Source: Eledone cirrhosa (Eukaryota). From it: a stretch of DNA of 64,000 nucleotides. Below, one piece after another: positions 30,188 to 44,238 of the stretch. Made by a program: the position numbers and the translations under genes. The notes under the pieces were generated by a model. It was given only the letters and a program-made list of their open reading frames with translations, was not told the DNA's origin and ran no database searches. The stretch is taken from positions 373,674,001 through 373,738,000 of the forward strand of contig OZ024740.1 in NCBI GenBank assembly GCA_964016885.1, written 5' to 3'. Numbering within the stretch: the stretch's first letter is position 1; each line of letters starts with the position of its first letter.

Positions 30188-32242
30188 TTCAGTTTTTTTG
30201 TTAAACGCTTAGTTTGCTACTGCCTCTTAAATGAATGTCACACCTGCAGATCTAACAGATATTATTCTAACTTTATGAGGAAAATTGATAGTATTATGAA
30301 AAATAACGACGTAATGCTTATTACCTAGAACTTTTCAGGTTGCAAAATGTCCATCTTCTATATATGTTCTAACACTTAATTCATGCTTCTGTATATTGTA
30401 TATCCCTACATTTAATTTAGCTTGCAATCAATGTTTTTCATTGATTGACCTACATTTAAAAATATAGATATAAATATATATTTGCCGGTCACTCGATGCG
30501 GGAAGGAACAACTTAACAGACACGATTTTTAACTACGGTAAGAATTTTTCTTTTCTTATATCAAAGTTTAATGGGCTTCCACTGATAAGCGCCCACCTAA
30601 ATATATTCTTACATGAATGTATATTAGGCTTCTACATAAACTGGAAATATTCTCCGAATTTGTAGAAAACTTATAATGAAACAATTGTTTGGAAAGAGAG
30701 ATATATTTTAACTTTAATTATATCTCATAAAATAATACAACTGGCTTTTCCACATAATACATATTGTTAGCACCCCAAACACTTAAATTGGGTTTATATT
30801 AAAATATAACCTAATGTTTGTTGAGTGAGATGGTTACCAGTCAGAGATTAGCTTTAAACTATCTCAGTTATTGTATTAATAATTGATATAAATATATATA
30901 TAGTTTATCAAAGTTCTTTCATCACACACCTCTGATATTTCCAATAGTACTATTATGTTTCCTCCCATTGTATTGTAATATATAGACATATATTAACAAG
31001 GATAATTGTTCCGAAACCATTGCTACATACATTGAATTATTGTTTTCATGTTTTTACTATTGGTTCACGATATGATAATATAATGCTTGAGCATCCAATT
31101 TGATAAGTTTGTTTTCTTATTGTTATTGACACAGTAGTATATATGGTAAATTACATTCTATAAAACTTATTCATGACAAATTTGCGTTTAATGATTTTAA
31201 GATGAAATAAATTGTATACATTAAGATATCGATTACCGTTATTATTTAAAAAAGAGAAACCATAAACCTTCATCATAGAACGAGTATGTTTTGTTAGAAT
31301 ACATTTATTATCTTGATATCATTTACAAGGACAGTTTTATAGATTCTTAATAACAATCAAGTAAGCGGTTGCATTGCAAACATGTCTGGGAATATCAGCT
31401 ATCATTTGGTCATACACTGATAACTTTAATGATTGTAAAGGAATTCATAATGATGTATTTACAGACATTAGTTAGGGAGTATGTTTACTATTTCAAGGGA
31501 CAGGTGATAAACTCATCGCTCAAAGTTTTAACTATTTTGTCAAAATATGTCTTGAATACTTTATAGATTTAAAGTAGATCATCCACAATTAATCACATTG
31601 CTGAAGATATCCTCAATAATTATAGGTCAAAAGAGAATCGTTAGGACCACTAGAAAAGAGATGCCAATGATAGTTATTAATATAGAATGTAAACAAATGA
31701 AACATTGTTTTATTAAGATATCATGTTAGGAAAGTGTATAAGTTTAATTTCCATATATCAGTTAATTATACTGATTGCCATGCAATTACTTCATACGACA
31801 AAAATTCGAAATTAAATACAGTGGATACCATAGAGCGAGCTGTCTTTTAATATGTTTTATTTTTAAACATTTCAATATCTTTAGAATATATCTTAGTCAA
31901 ACACACACATAAACACGCAAACACAAATATACACACACGCACACATCCCCATACATATGGTATTAATCGAAGCTGTAACCCAATTAGGGCGGATACCAAT
32001 TGAATTGTTACATATCATTATGGCAAAATAGTGAGCCGTGTGGAGTTTCGCCTGCTAACCATATTGTCATCAGACAGACCGTTCAATAAGCAAGCAAGAC
32101 TGTAGAGTAACTACATTCACTATTTAGTCTTCAGAAAGCTAAAATTTAAAATCTATATACTGAACTACACACATACAATACACACACACACAGATGTTTC
32201 TCGGAGATTGTTGCCTCGATACCAGCAATCTTCATTAATATC

Positions 32243-32303
<61 letters not shown>

Positions 32304-34084
32304 GGGTGTGTGTGTGTGTGTGTGTATGTGTGTGTATTGAGTGTCTGAGGTGCGAAGGTGGGGAAGACCACAATCATGGTGAGCTTAGTTATTATGTTCA
32401 TGTGTTAGAAATTTGACCGTAAGATCCAGCGTTTTCGGCAAATAACCTGTATATGCCTCTTCAGAAATTACTGAACGTTTTTGGAGCAACACAAATGAGG
32501 AAAGAGAAAAGGAGGAGCGGAGAAATAAAAAATAAAAAATAAAAGAAACGAAACAGAATCGCATAGAAGCGACAAAGAAAACGTGGAGAAAAGAAAGAAA
32601 AAAGAGAACGATGAAAAGGAAAAACTGATGGTAAAGTCGTGTTTGTGTGTAGAATTGGTTCGCATAGGCTGTGCACCGGTAAATTACTAGTCCGCAGAGA
32701 GAGAAGCGTAGGTCAGTTGTTGTCTACAAAATGACAGCAAAGGGGTGACGGAAAGGTTGGAGGGAGTGGCTAAAGGGAAAGTGAATTCCGTCGGAGACGA
32801 CGCCCTATTACAGGAAGTTAGAGCAAAGTACACAAACCAATTTACGCCGGGTGTAAGCAATTAAATCCATCCGATAATGGCTTCGGCTTTTCCGTTATGG
32901 TTTATCTGATTTTTCTTTTTGGGGTTCTCTTCTGTTGTTGTCTTCCCGTCCCGTCTCTTCCGTATCATTCTTGCTTTTCTTTCTTCACTTCTTTATTCTG
33001 CCTCTTCTTCCTCTCTTACTCCTTGGAAAGTTCGATAACACCTGAAAAGTCTTATGTTGTTCATAAGACTAATCCGCTGAGATCACGTTCAACTCTCTAT
33101 GATTAATGTGTATTTATATATAGTTATGAAACAAAAGGAGCTGTGTGGTTACTAAAAACAAGGTTAAGGATGGTGGTTAGGACGGAAAAGGAGAAAGGAA
33201 GAAAGGAGTTTCCATCGTCAGCTGTAAATATTTCCCGAGCCGATGTTTCGGCGCTGAATTACAAGACATCGGTGAATTCCGGGTACGCCCGAGGCCTTTT
33301 ATTAATCAAAAGGACAGGTGGAAAAGGAGAGAGAAAGAGAGAAAAAGGGGGAGAAAAAAAGGAGAGAGAAAAGGAAAGAGAGGTAAAGGAGGAAGAACAG
33401 GGGTGTGGGAAATGAGGAGAGAGGAAGAAAGGGGGAAGGGAAAGGGGAAAAATAGGAAAGGAATAGGAGAAAAAAAGTATACAGGTCCCATCGCGGGAAG
33501 ACACAGGTAAAAGAAACATGCAAAAAAGCAACCGTGGAAAAATAGGGAAAGAAAGATAAAGAGATAGAAAGAGACATTTTTTCTTCTTTGATTTATCTAA
33601 GTGACATTATTGAAAATGAGAGGAACAATTCTTTTCAAAAAAAGAGAGTTTTATAATGTATATAAACTATATAACATATAACCCGTTTCGATGTATCAGT
33701 GTCAGCCATCTTATCAAATGTTGAATTTTACAATTAACAAAGATTAAGAAGAATTAAAACGTGTAAAAATTAAAATAAAAAATAAATAAATTCAACGATG
33801 AAGAGGTCTGTTCAACTTTCTTGATGCGGAGAATGTGTCTAACATGGATCAGTATATAATTACAGAGTGGTAGTCATAGAAGTAGTAGTAGTAGGAGTAG
33901 TTGTGGTTGTTGAATCTTTTCACAGAACAAAGTTGTTTTTAGGAATAGTTTCAATGGTGTTAAATGATCGGTCAATAATTCATATGGGGAATGCGAAGTA
34001 GAGATAAGTATATCTGATAGGTAAATGGGATTGTCAAGAGATATTCTATTTCAGGAATACGATTTTGTTCTGTGAGCAGACAAA

Positions 34085-34085
34085 A

Positions 34086-34134
<49 letters not shown>
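34085..34134. repeat. (TAC)n microsatellite
   Basis: Direct sequence. Confidence 0.95.
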
Positions 34135-34136
<2 letters not shown>

Positions 34137-34449
34137 TGATACACCTTTCTGTATATATAGGGTTCGATATACATTTTCCATTGGAAATCGAAAATACATG
34201 GCGATCAGAGAAACCGATTGGAATGAAGTTATAAGCCTGCCATATGCCAATTGGGTGGGAGATAATCATTATATATACTGAATATATATATATATATATT
34301 GTTAAACTTTGGGAGGGTCATGTTGCCAATAAGAAACACAAGCACCAGTTGCATCCACTTCAATTTATTATAATACATTTATAAATTTAGGAATTTATAA
34401 ATTTCCGGTTGGTTGGTTGGTTCCACAACCAGATGATTGTTTATATATT

Positions 34450-34492
34450 GTCAAAGTTATTTCGTCACACATCATGTGACCTCTTAAGTGAA
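34450..34492 (-). ncRNA. Minimal hammerhead motif (G5U mutated)
   Basis: uuca-CUUAAGA-g-gucacau gau gugugac-GAAA-uaac-UU-ugac. Confidence 0.62.
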
Positions 34493-34839
34493 TGGGATTC
34501 TTTTCTTTGTTTTTGTGCCTCTCCTTTGTTCTGACCTACACCATCTTGTTATTTTATGTGTGTGTTGTGTGCTTAGTTTGCGCCTGTGTTTGTTTATATT
34601 CGTTTATTTATTTGTTTATTTACATGTTACTGGTTGGTTGTTTGTTCTATGTGCGTGTGTGTTTTCATTTTGTCCTTAATTGTAAGTTGTGATGTTGCTG
34701 TTCCATTCATGTTTCTATTTAATTTTAGTTGGAGTTCATTAATGTGTATTGCCTCTGTGATTTGTCTAAACATTGCGTCTTAAAAGACGGCGTAGGACAG
34801 AACAAAGGAGAGGCACAAAAACAAAGAAAAGAATCCCCA

Positions 34840-34882
34840 GTCACTGAAGAGGTCACATAATGTGTGGCTAAAGAACTTTGAC
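34840..34882 (+). ncRNA. Minimal hammerhead motif (G12U mutated)
   Basis: guca-CUGAAGA-g-gucacau aau guguggc-UAAA-gaac-UU-ugac. Confidence 0.65.
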
Positions 34883-35082
34883 AATATATAAACAAATAAA
34901 CAATCATCTGGTTATGGAACCAACCAACCAACCGGAAATTTATAAATTTATCATAATAAATTGAAGTGAAAACAACTGGTGCGTGTTTTTCTTATTGGCG
35001 ACATGACCCTCCCAAAGTATAACAATATCGGGTACAACACACTGTTTCAGATAAAGAATCTTGCTAAACAAATTCAGAAACG

Positions 35083-35140
<58 letters not shown>

Positions 35141-35144
<4 letters not shown>

Positions 35145-35700
35145 AAATAATAAATTTGAAGACTAAAATCCAAAGAGGGCTCGATAAGGATAAATATATA
35201 TGAAATATATAAGAACCGTAGAGCAAACAATTATTAAAATAACAGATTAAAGTTTAAGCAAAGAATCGCTGCTTTCACCCTTAATGGGATCTTCTGAAAC
35301 TAATAAAATCAATCTGTAAACGCAGAAGTGTATATTTCAAAAATCGTTGCAACCGGAGGAAGACAGGAAGATGATACTTTGGTTCGTGGATACGTTCCCT
35401 GGCAAAGAACGGGAAAAAACGAATATAATACGTCATTAATTGGAGCGGTGAAAAACGATTACACGCAAAGACAGAACCACGTTTATGGTATGAAAGAAGT
35501 CGTAGACTAATGTTCTTTTAAGTGGTTCATAGAGACGTTCTCTGGCAATGAACGGGAAAATATGTCATGTCTTCCTCTGGTTTGAACGTTGTTTGAAATA
35601 TCCACTTCTGCGTTTACAGATTGACTTTGTTAGTTTTAGAAGATCCCGTTGAGGGTGAAAGCATCGACTCTTTGCTTAAACATTAATATTTTATTTTAAT
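35141..35700. mobile_element. Inverted pair of Naiad-family 3' ends (family of 47436-52404)
   Basis: 35141-35565 matches the left arm of the large element; 35565-35700 is a short inverted copy. Confidence 0.85.
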
Positions 35701-35720
35701 TTAAAAAATATATATATATA

Positions 35721-35910
35721 TATTGTTATACTTTGGGAGGCTCATGTTGCCAATAAAAACAGACACGTCTGCTGGGTTTCACTTCAATTTATTATAAATT
35801 TCCGTTTGTTTGATTTATTAGCAACATGACCCTCGCAAAGTATAACAATAACTGTTTCAATACTCATTTTCAGGTGAAAAATCTCACAAAACAAATTCAG
35901 AAACGAATTC
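35721..35910. mobile_element. Miniature inverted pair of PLE termini (family of 34298)
   Basis: attgttatactttgggagg...catgttgc versus gcaacatgaccctcgcaaagtataacaata. Confidence 0.75.
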
Positions 35911-35922
35911 ATATATATATAT

Positions 35923-35959
<37 letters not shown>

Positions 35960-35966
<7 letters not shown>

Positions 35967-36248
35967 TCGTTTTTTCCCATTCTTTGCCAGCGAACGTTTC
36001 CACGAACCAAAGTATCGTCTTCCTGTCTTCCTCCGGTTGCAACGTTTTTTGAAATATCCAGTTCTGCGTTTACAGATTGACTTTGTTAGTTTCAGAAGAT
36101 CCCGTTAAGGGTGAAAGCAGCGATTCTTTGCTTAAACTTTAATCTGTTATTTTAATAAATATTTGCTCTACGGTTCTTATATATTTGATATATATTTATC
36201 CTTATCGAGCCCTCTTTGGATTTTAGTCTTCAAATTTATTATTATTAC

Positions 36249-36249
<1 letters not shown>
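35960..36249 (+). mobile_element. Naiad-family 3' end
   Basis: Near-identical to 52115-52404. Confidence 0.85.
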
Positions 36250-36287
<38 letters not shown>

Positions 36288-36302
36288 TTATGTATGTATG
36301 TA

Positions 36303-36399
<97 letters not shown>

Positions 36400-36438
36400 A
36401 CAGTATTGATGTTTGCTTGAAGTATTGTGGAATGATAA

Positions 36439-37084
36439 GGTAAATTTCTTTAAGTCGTTTGGAAGCCTCGACAATGCAAATGGGTAAATCTCCGGGTAAC
36501 AAGATCCGGTGGTGGAGAGAGAGATGTAAGTGGGTGTACGTTGAGATGCGTGGCGTGTATAAGACGTGTAGAGCAATGAAGGAAGAGCATACAGGATAAA
36601 ATAAAAATAACAACACGAGAGAGAGTTACCTTGGGAGAGATTTAATTGTCCCTATATATTTCGGATTCACATCCATCAACTGGGGTTTTTTCCGGGGTGG
36701 GGAAGGGTTGTCTGTCGGAAAGGTGCGAAACTCGTCCTCTGCTGTTCGTTATTTTGAATAACAATTTTTTGATATTCAAAACAACGAACAGCGGAGGACG
36801 CGTTTCGCACCTTTACGACAGATAACCTTTCCCCCACCCCGGAAAAAAAACCCAGTTGATGGATGTGAATCCGAAATATACAGGGACAATTAAATCTCTC
36901 CCAAAGTAAACTCTCTCTCGTGTTGTTATTTTTATTTTACCATTTATGCTCTTGACTTCATTCCTCTACACGCCTTATACACGCCACGCATTTCAACGTA
37001 CACCCACTTACATCTCTCTCTCCACCACCGGAGATTTACCCATTTGCATTGTCGAAGCTTCCAAACGACTTAAAGAAATTTACC
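36439..37084. repeat. Long near-perfect palindrome (~320-bp arms) with divergent HHR-like motifs
   Basis: Arms 36439-36760 and 36774-37084, spacer about 13 bp. Confidence 0.92.
36650..36685 (-). ncRNA. Hammerhead-like motif with variant core (mirror copy 36851-36885 on +)
   Basis: ccc-CAGUUGA-u-ggau GUGA aucc-GAAA-uaua-UA-ggg. Confidence 0.55.
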
Positions 37085-37086
37085 AT

Positions 37087-37119
<33 letters not shown>

Positions 37120-37120
<1 letters not shown>

Positions 37121-37590
37121 CTATGAATGTATATATAGTGTATTTTGCAATACACTGTATGCTTAATTAAAACCATTTCGTAGATCTTACGCTATTGTTT
37201 TAGAGTAGTGAGAGTCTCACTTACTTTAATTTTCAGCAAACAGGGGACATAAAGCTGACAGATCTCTGTTTCGCACTTTTTTGTGCTTATCAAAGCTAAG
37301 TACTCCGCCTGTTTGCTGAAAATCATGAATGTTTGATTCTCATAGAATTCTAGTAATAACCAGGAACTGATTATACAGTTTATACAGAGCGGTTGCTGGT
37401 CCAGCAGAAATTGAAAATTAGAATTGGTGCTCTGAAATAGCGATATATATATGAATGTATATATAGTGTATTTTGCAATACACTGTATGCTTAATTAAAG
37501 GCATTTCTAAGACCTTACGCTATTGTTTTAGAGTAGTGACAGCCTCACTTACTTTAATTCTATAAAAATCAAACATTCATGATTTTAAAC
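37120..37590. repeat. ~110-bp direct duplication with short inverted segments
   Basis: atgaatgtatatatagtgtattttgcaatacac...cacttactttaat at ~37123 and ~37451; aatcatgaatgtttgatt (37321) inverted at ~37568. Confidence 0.8.
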
Positions 37591-37690
37591 GTTCGGTAAA
37601 TCCATACTTTCATATATATATGTGTGCATGTATGTATATATATACATACTACTGTACGTCTGTATACATGTATGTATGTACGTATACATA

Positions 37691-37740
<50 letters not shown>

Positions 37741-37741
<1 letters not shown>

Positions 37742-37932
37742 CAACAAGTATGACTCCGACGGCAGATCTCAAGCTGTTTCGGCGGCTATTCCTTTGTCCA
37801 GAAATAGCCGTCGAAACGGCTTGAGCTCTGCCGTCGGGGTCATACTTGTTCGTATTATCCACTCTACTGCACTAAATATTGAGTAATTTGGTGTGTTATC
37901 GTCCGTCTGGGTCCTTACCACAATTCCTTCGT

Positions 37933-37935
<3 letters not shown>
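37741..37935 (+). mobile_element. Short hairpin-headed repeat between (TA)n tracts
   Basis: Palindrome 37743-37850 plus ~85-bp tail shared with 63478 and 41205. Confidence 0.8.
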
Positions 37936-37965
<30 letters not shown>

Positions 37966-37973
37966 TGATATAT

Positions 37974-38101
<128 letters not shown>

Positions 38102-38457
38102 ATATATATTATATACATATAATTCTACTATATTTCAATCGATTTCCATATTCATATCTACGATCATATACCGGTATTTATCAATGAATTAATTGTGAAA
38201 ACGAAATCATGATTTTTAACATATTACCCTTTTATATGAAAATTGCTTCCCCAAAGTAAGCAAGACATTGCTGTAGATTTGATGAAAGTTACATGGATTG
38301 GAACTCACCTGCAAACAGAAGAAAGATAAAGTATATAAGCATATTGATATCCATAAACTACCTCAGTATTACAGCTACACACACTCACACACACATACAC
38401 ACACACTCATACACACACATGCACACACACACACACACATACACACACACACACACA

Positions 38458-38533
<76 letters not shown>

Positions 38534-39011
38534 GAAAAGTATTGAAATCATTGTAGCAAGAAGCCAACAGTATTCCATATATATAAGTGACTATAGCGTC
38601 AAAATGGAAAAATAGTTAACGTAAGAAGTGGGAAAATAATTCAAACTCAATTCAAAAAGAATCAGGATATAGATTCATCCACATAATTTGGTGAAATCCA
38701 GGGAAAATGAATAGAGCCTTAACTCAGATTAAAATACAGTTTAAAATACTCATCCATCAACTTGGAAAAACTACAAATGCTCTGTATAGTCTTAAAAAAT
38801 ACTATTTCACGAAACTTTCAGTGGGGATGGTCACGGTTGGAATCGATCATCAGCAGAGCCCAAAAATACGATAACCAAAGTACCACTGTTTATAATATGC
38901 CAAAAAGGGAATTTAAAAGCAGGCTAGTTCAACATCATGCGTAATGAAGATAAACGCACATGTAGAGACATGGCTGGTGACGTCAGAATGAGACGAATGT
39001 CTATTTATATG

Positions 39012-39078
<67 letters not shown>

Positions 39079-39109
39079 TATATATTATAATTGATTATAA
39101 AAGAAAAAT

Positions 39110-39610
39110 AAACACAGATATATCCATATATGTGTTCAAATCGTAAAGGACCATATTCGCTAAGGTGAAAAGAATACTAACTATAGACAATAGGGTTTGC
39201 CAGACTCAATTTAAGAATAAATCAAGAAAATAAATACAAACCGGAATTGTGGTAACTACCAATCACCCAGACAGCTCTGGCGATGTTTTTTCGCAAAATT
39301 AATTGTGAAGAGGAATACCGATTCTTGCTCATCAGTGGGTGAAGGATTAGTATCCTGGTCAATTCTAAGTTAATTTTAAAAAAACTGAATAGTGTGCGTA
39401 TATATAATAAGGCGCATGGTATCTCAACTTATAGTGTCTCACAAACTCACATCACTAAAAATAGCCTGGGCGAATGGTAGTCACCGCAATTCCGGTTTGT
39501 ATTTATTTTCTTGATTTATTCTTAAATTGAGTCTGGCAAATCCTATTGTCTATAGTTAGCGAATCTGGTCCCTTAAGATTTGAACACATATATGTATATA
39601 TCTGTGTTTG
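39110..39610. mobile_element. Inverted repeat (~150-bp arms) with a hammerhead in the spacer
   Basis: Arms ~39110-39261 and ~39475-39610. Confidence 0.85.
39263..39342 (-). ncRNA. Extended type I hammerhead ribozyme
   Basis: ucaccca-CUGAUGA-gcaaga..(loop)..uuuugc-GAAA-aaacaucgccagagcu-GUC-uggguga; perfect 7-bp stem I, stem III eroded. Confidence 0.8.
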
Positions 39611-39755
39611 TTATATGTATATATCTGTGTGGGTTTTTCTTTTATATCCAATTATAATTTACGGCTCCGAAAAATCTCTGTCCTAGTGCTATTTTATTGT
39701 AATAGACGATTTTGAGTTTCTAACTCAATATATACCTTTAATATATAACTTTGAT

Positions 39756-39819
<64 letters not shown>

Positions 39820-40108
39820 GTAGGGGTATGTGTGTGTGTGTATAAATGGAAAAAGGCACACGTAAATTACAAAGCAATCTGCACCACTTATGTTTCATTG
39901 TGTTGTTTTTCAACTGGTAAATTACTATTTAACTCTTGTCCTGCATCTGTCACGGGGTACGCAAATAATCACCTCCTACACCATATATCAGTAGACCCCG
40001 ATAAAGATTGAAAACAGTGATTCTTGCTTAAAGCTTAAAATGTACTAATAATAAATATTTACTGTACGGGTTTGTATACATACATATGTATGTATGGGTA
40101 TATATATA

Positions 40109-40158
<50 letters not shown>

Positions 40159-40165
40159 GAGAGAG

Positions 40166-40229
<64 letters not shown>

Positions 40230-40231
<2 letters not shown>

Positions 40232-41160
40232 TAGTTCCACAACAGTTAATTATCCATTTCGGAGAACAATTGTTTCTCCTAGGATCATTAGCTCAGTTTA
40301 TATGAGAATATACGGAAAAGGAAAAGCAATTATACGATTACGCATGTGCAGAAGAAGACACTTCCCAAAGTGGAGTCAACTCCGATAGGATAAGTGGACG
40401 GGGACGACTGTGAAAAATCAGAATATAAAAGATTATTCATGGTATTTTGTCCAGAGCATAATAGATCATTCGTGTTTGTCAGTTTGGAGCTTTGAAATTA
40501 CGTAATAGGTGTTTCCAAACGTGTGAAGAAGGGGAGAACAATTAATTCCATGAACTAAGACAATCGCTATTCGGCAATCTCCTATTTATTATTTCTTCAA
40601 TGCACAACCCACAAGAGCCTACACATTTCCTTACGGCTTATACTTAATAATAACATTCCATTGAATTCAGTAATCCACGGCTGCATGCTTGAGGGACCCT
40701 TTGTGGCCCGCCAGCCTTGTGGACGATGGTTTTTACCGGGTGTCGGAATCTCGACAGATGATTCAGGAAATGTTCTTTAAACCGGCCCTCCGCCATACAT
40801 ACATACGATTTCACCTCTTGTTGTTTATTTGGTCGTTTAGAAGTGACTACAGCTTCGTAAATTACAGCAGGTGTGCTGAGCTGTTGATGAAGGGGACCAG
40901 CTTCAGGCCTTCGGCAAGAGTATTACGGTAGGCTTCTGCTCTTAAGGTTGTTGGGGATGTGGGCTTTCATATTCTTAGCACAGGAGAACCCTCGTTTCAT
41001 CCTGGGTATGTTTTAACGTTGAGTGAGAAATGGCGGGGTGTGCAATCTATCTTTCTATTAGCACAATTTCTTTTTCTATTGTTGTTGGCGATAGTAGGGA
41101 TAAAGCAAATTATTGTGGGAAGCCGCTGTTGTAACCGGGTTATGGTTAGGTTTAGGGTTA
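40230..41160 (-). mobile_element. Degenerate Naiad-type PLE 3' fragment
   Basis: - strand PAVIYEAVVTSK...VKSYVCMAEGRFKEHFLNHLSRFRHP, STRLAGH, CGLCIEE; possible eroded HHR at 40243-40297. Confidence 0.78.
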
Positions 41161-41204
41161 AATTGTTTTACTAGAAGAGAGCTTAGAGATTCGAGTGCCG
41201 ATAT

Positions 41205-41325
41205 ATATAACCAAGGAAGTGTGGTAAGGAACCAGATGGACCATAACGCACCAGAGTACTCAACACTTAGGATAGTAGAGTGGGTAATAGGAACATGTTT
41301 AACCCCGACGGCAGAGCTAAAGCCG
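41205..41325 (-). repeat. Tail fragment of the 37741/63478 family
   Basis: ggtaaggaaccagatggaccataacgcaccagagtactcaa...ccccgacggcagagct. Confidence 0.8.
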
Positions 41326-41399
41326 ACACACATATACATGTGTCTGCGTGTGTGAGTGTTTGCGTGTGTGTGTGTGTATGTGTGTGTATGTGGGTGTGT

Positions 41400-41448
<49 letters not shown>

Positions 41449-41821
41449 CCTCTTATAATACAGGCCGTCGTGCGTCGGGATCCCTGTATCACGAAAAGAA
41501 AATCTTTTTCGGGGAAATTATTGGATTTTCCAAATGTAAAGGTTTATTAGGAACTTTCAAAGTTTATTTTAGGTTTTGCCGTTTTAAGAGCTCAGGCTAT
41601 CATAACTGATAATCTTCATTGAAATATGTATAACGAAGTTTTAAATATAACCTGAATCAACTAAATATGGCCTCTGATCTATTATTAATATATAATGCTC
41701 CGACTTGCACCTTTTATACAGGTCGTTGAGCGCTTAAAGAAGCTTCACAACCGACAGACCATAATATAGTCCGCACTTCTCTGTTCGGTTAATCCCATAT
41801 CCCCCTCTCTCCCCCTCTCTT

Positions 41822-41854
<33 letters not shown>

Positions 41855-41856
41855 CC

Positions 41857-41920
<64 letters not shown>

Positions 41921-42902
41921 GGAATTTACAGAACTAGAACTGTTTCGTTCGCAAGAAATTATCATATATGTATTATGTTTCTGCTTCTGAATACATCATT
42001 ATCCATACATAAAAATACACAAATATCATGTGAAATATTTCAATTTCTATTTTATTATTTGCGTTGATACGCACTTTCTTTTCAACTACAAATAAGCTTA
42101 CTATCTATTCATGTTTTTGAAAAATCACTCTAATAAGGTGCCATAATTGACATCAACATTGACAAACAGCATTGCACACCATCACTTAAATAATGCTAAA
42201 AATTTATTGGTGTGTTTGAAAATGGCAAGTCTAAATAAAAAAAAATGTATAGAATTAAAACACTTCTGATGAACGTATGCCTCCATATAATTTCGCAGAT
42301 GTCCATTCAAAGTTATATATTCTGCGTTAGAATATTTTTATTGTAGGTTTATAGATGATAAATTAATAGACTTTGATCTACTTTCAGCGTAATATTTCTA
42401 TTGTTTTCACATAGTATTTAGCGAAATATGTTTTGCATGCATCAACTTAAAATGATTCCAAAAATCAATAGTATAGACAAACTTCTGTGAGTGGCTGCTG
42501 TTGATTTGTGAATATATATGTATTCTATTGAAGAAAATTGGTTGATTGAAAAACTTCCGAATTTTTTTCAACAAATATAAAGCACTCCACATTTTTGTTC
42601 ATCCCGAGTTTTATTATAATAATAAACAAGAAAGAGGGTTTCATTTGTACATCCTTATTTTTTTCGGTTATACGTATTTCAAAGATGTAAGGCGGTTGTA
42701 TAACAATTGCCCAACGTCTTTGAAATATGTATAACACAAGAAATAGTGATGTACACATGAAACCGCCTTTCTCCTTTATTATACAAACACATACAGACAT
42801 ACACACACACAACACATTCACACATACACACACACACGCACACACACACACACACACATACACATACACTTACACACCCACACACCCACACACACACACA
42901 TC

Positions 42903-42946
<44 letters not shown>

Positions 42947-42947
42947 C

Positions 42948-43949
<1,002 letters not shown>

Positions 43950-43961
43950 TATACACACACA

Positions 43962-44017
<56 letters not shown>

Positions 44018-44027
44018 CATATATATG

Positions 44028-44155
<128 letters not shown>

Positions 44156-44238
44156 TGATGGTAACTAAGATGCTTCCATAGGCGATATGTCGTTTGAGCA
44201 CTCTATGCTCTTCCAGAGCAGAGTATAGTACAATATAA

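Larger units (their letters stand above)
34298..35086. mobile_element. Inverted pair of PLE 3' ends with divergent HHRs
   Basis: Left arm ~34298-34520 is the reverse complement of ~34810-35026; terminus ccctcccaaagtataacaata as in PLE 47507-49667. Confidence 0.85.

Noticed and set aside
41138-41162. Telomere-like ggttaggtttagggtt
   Set aside because: Only about three degenerate units; too short to call interstitial telomere.
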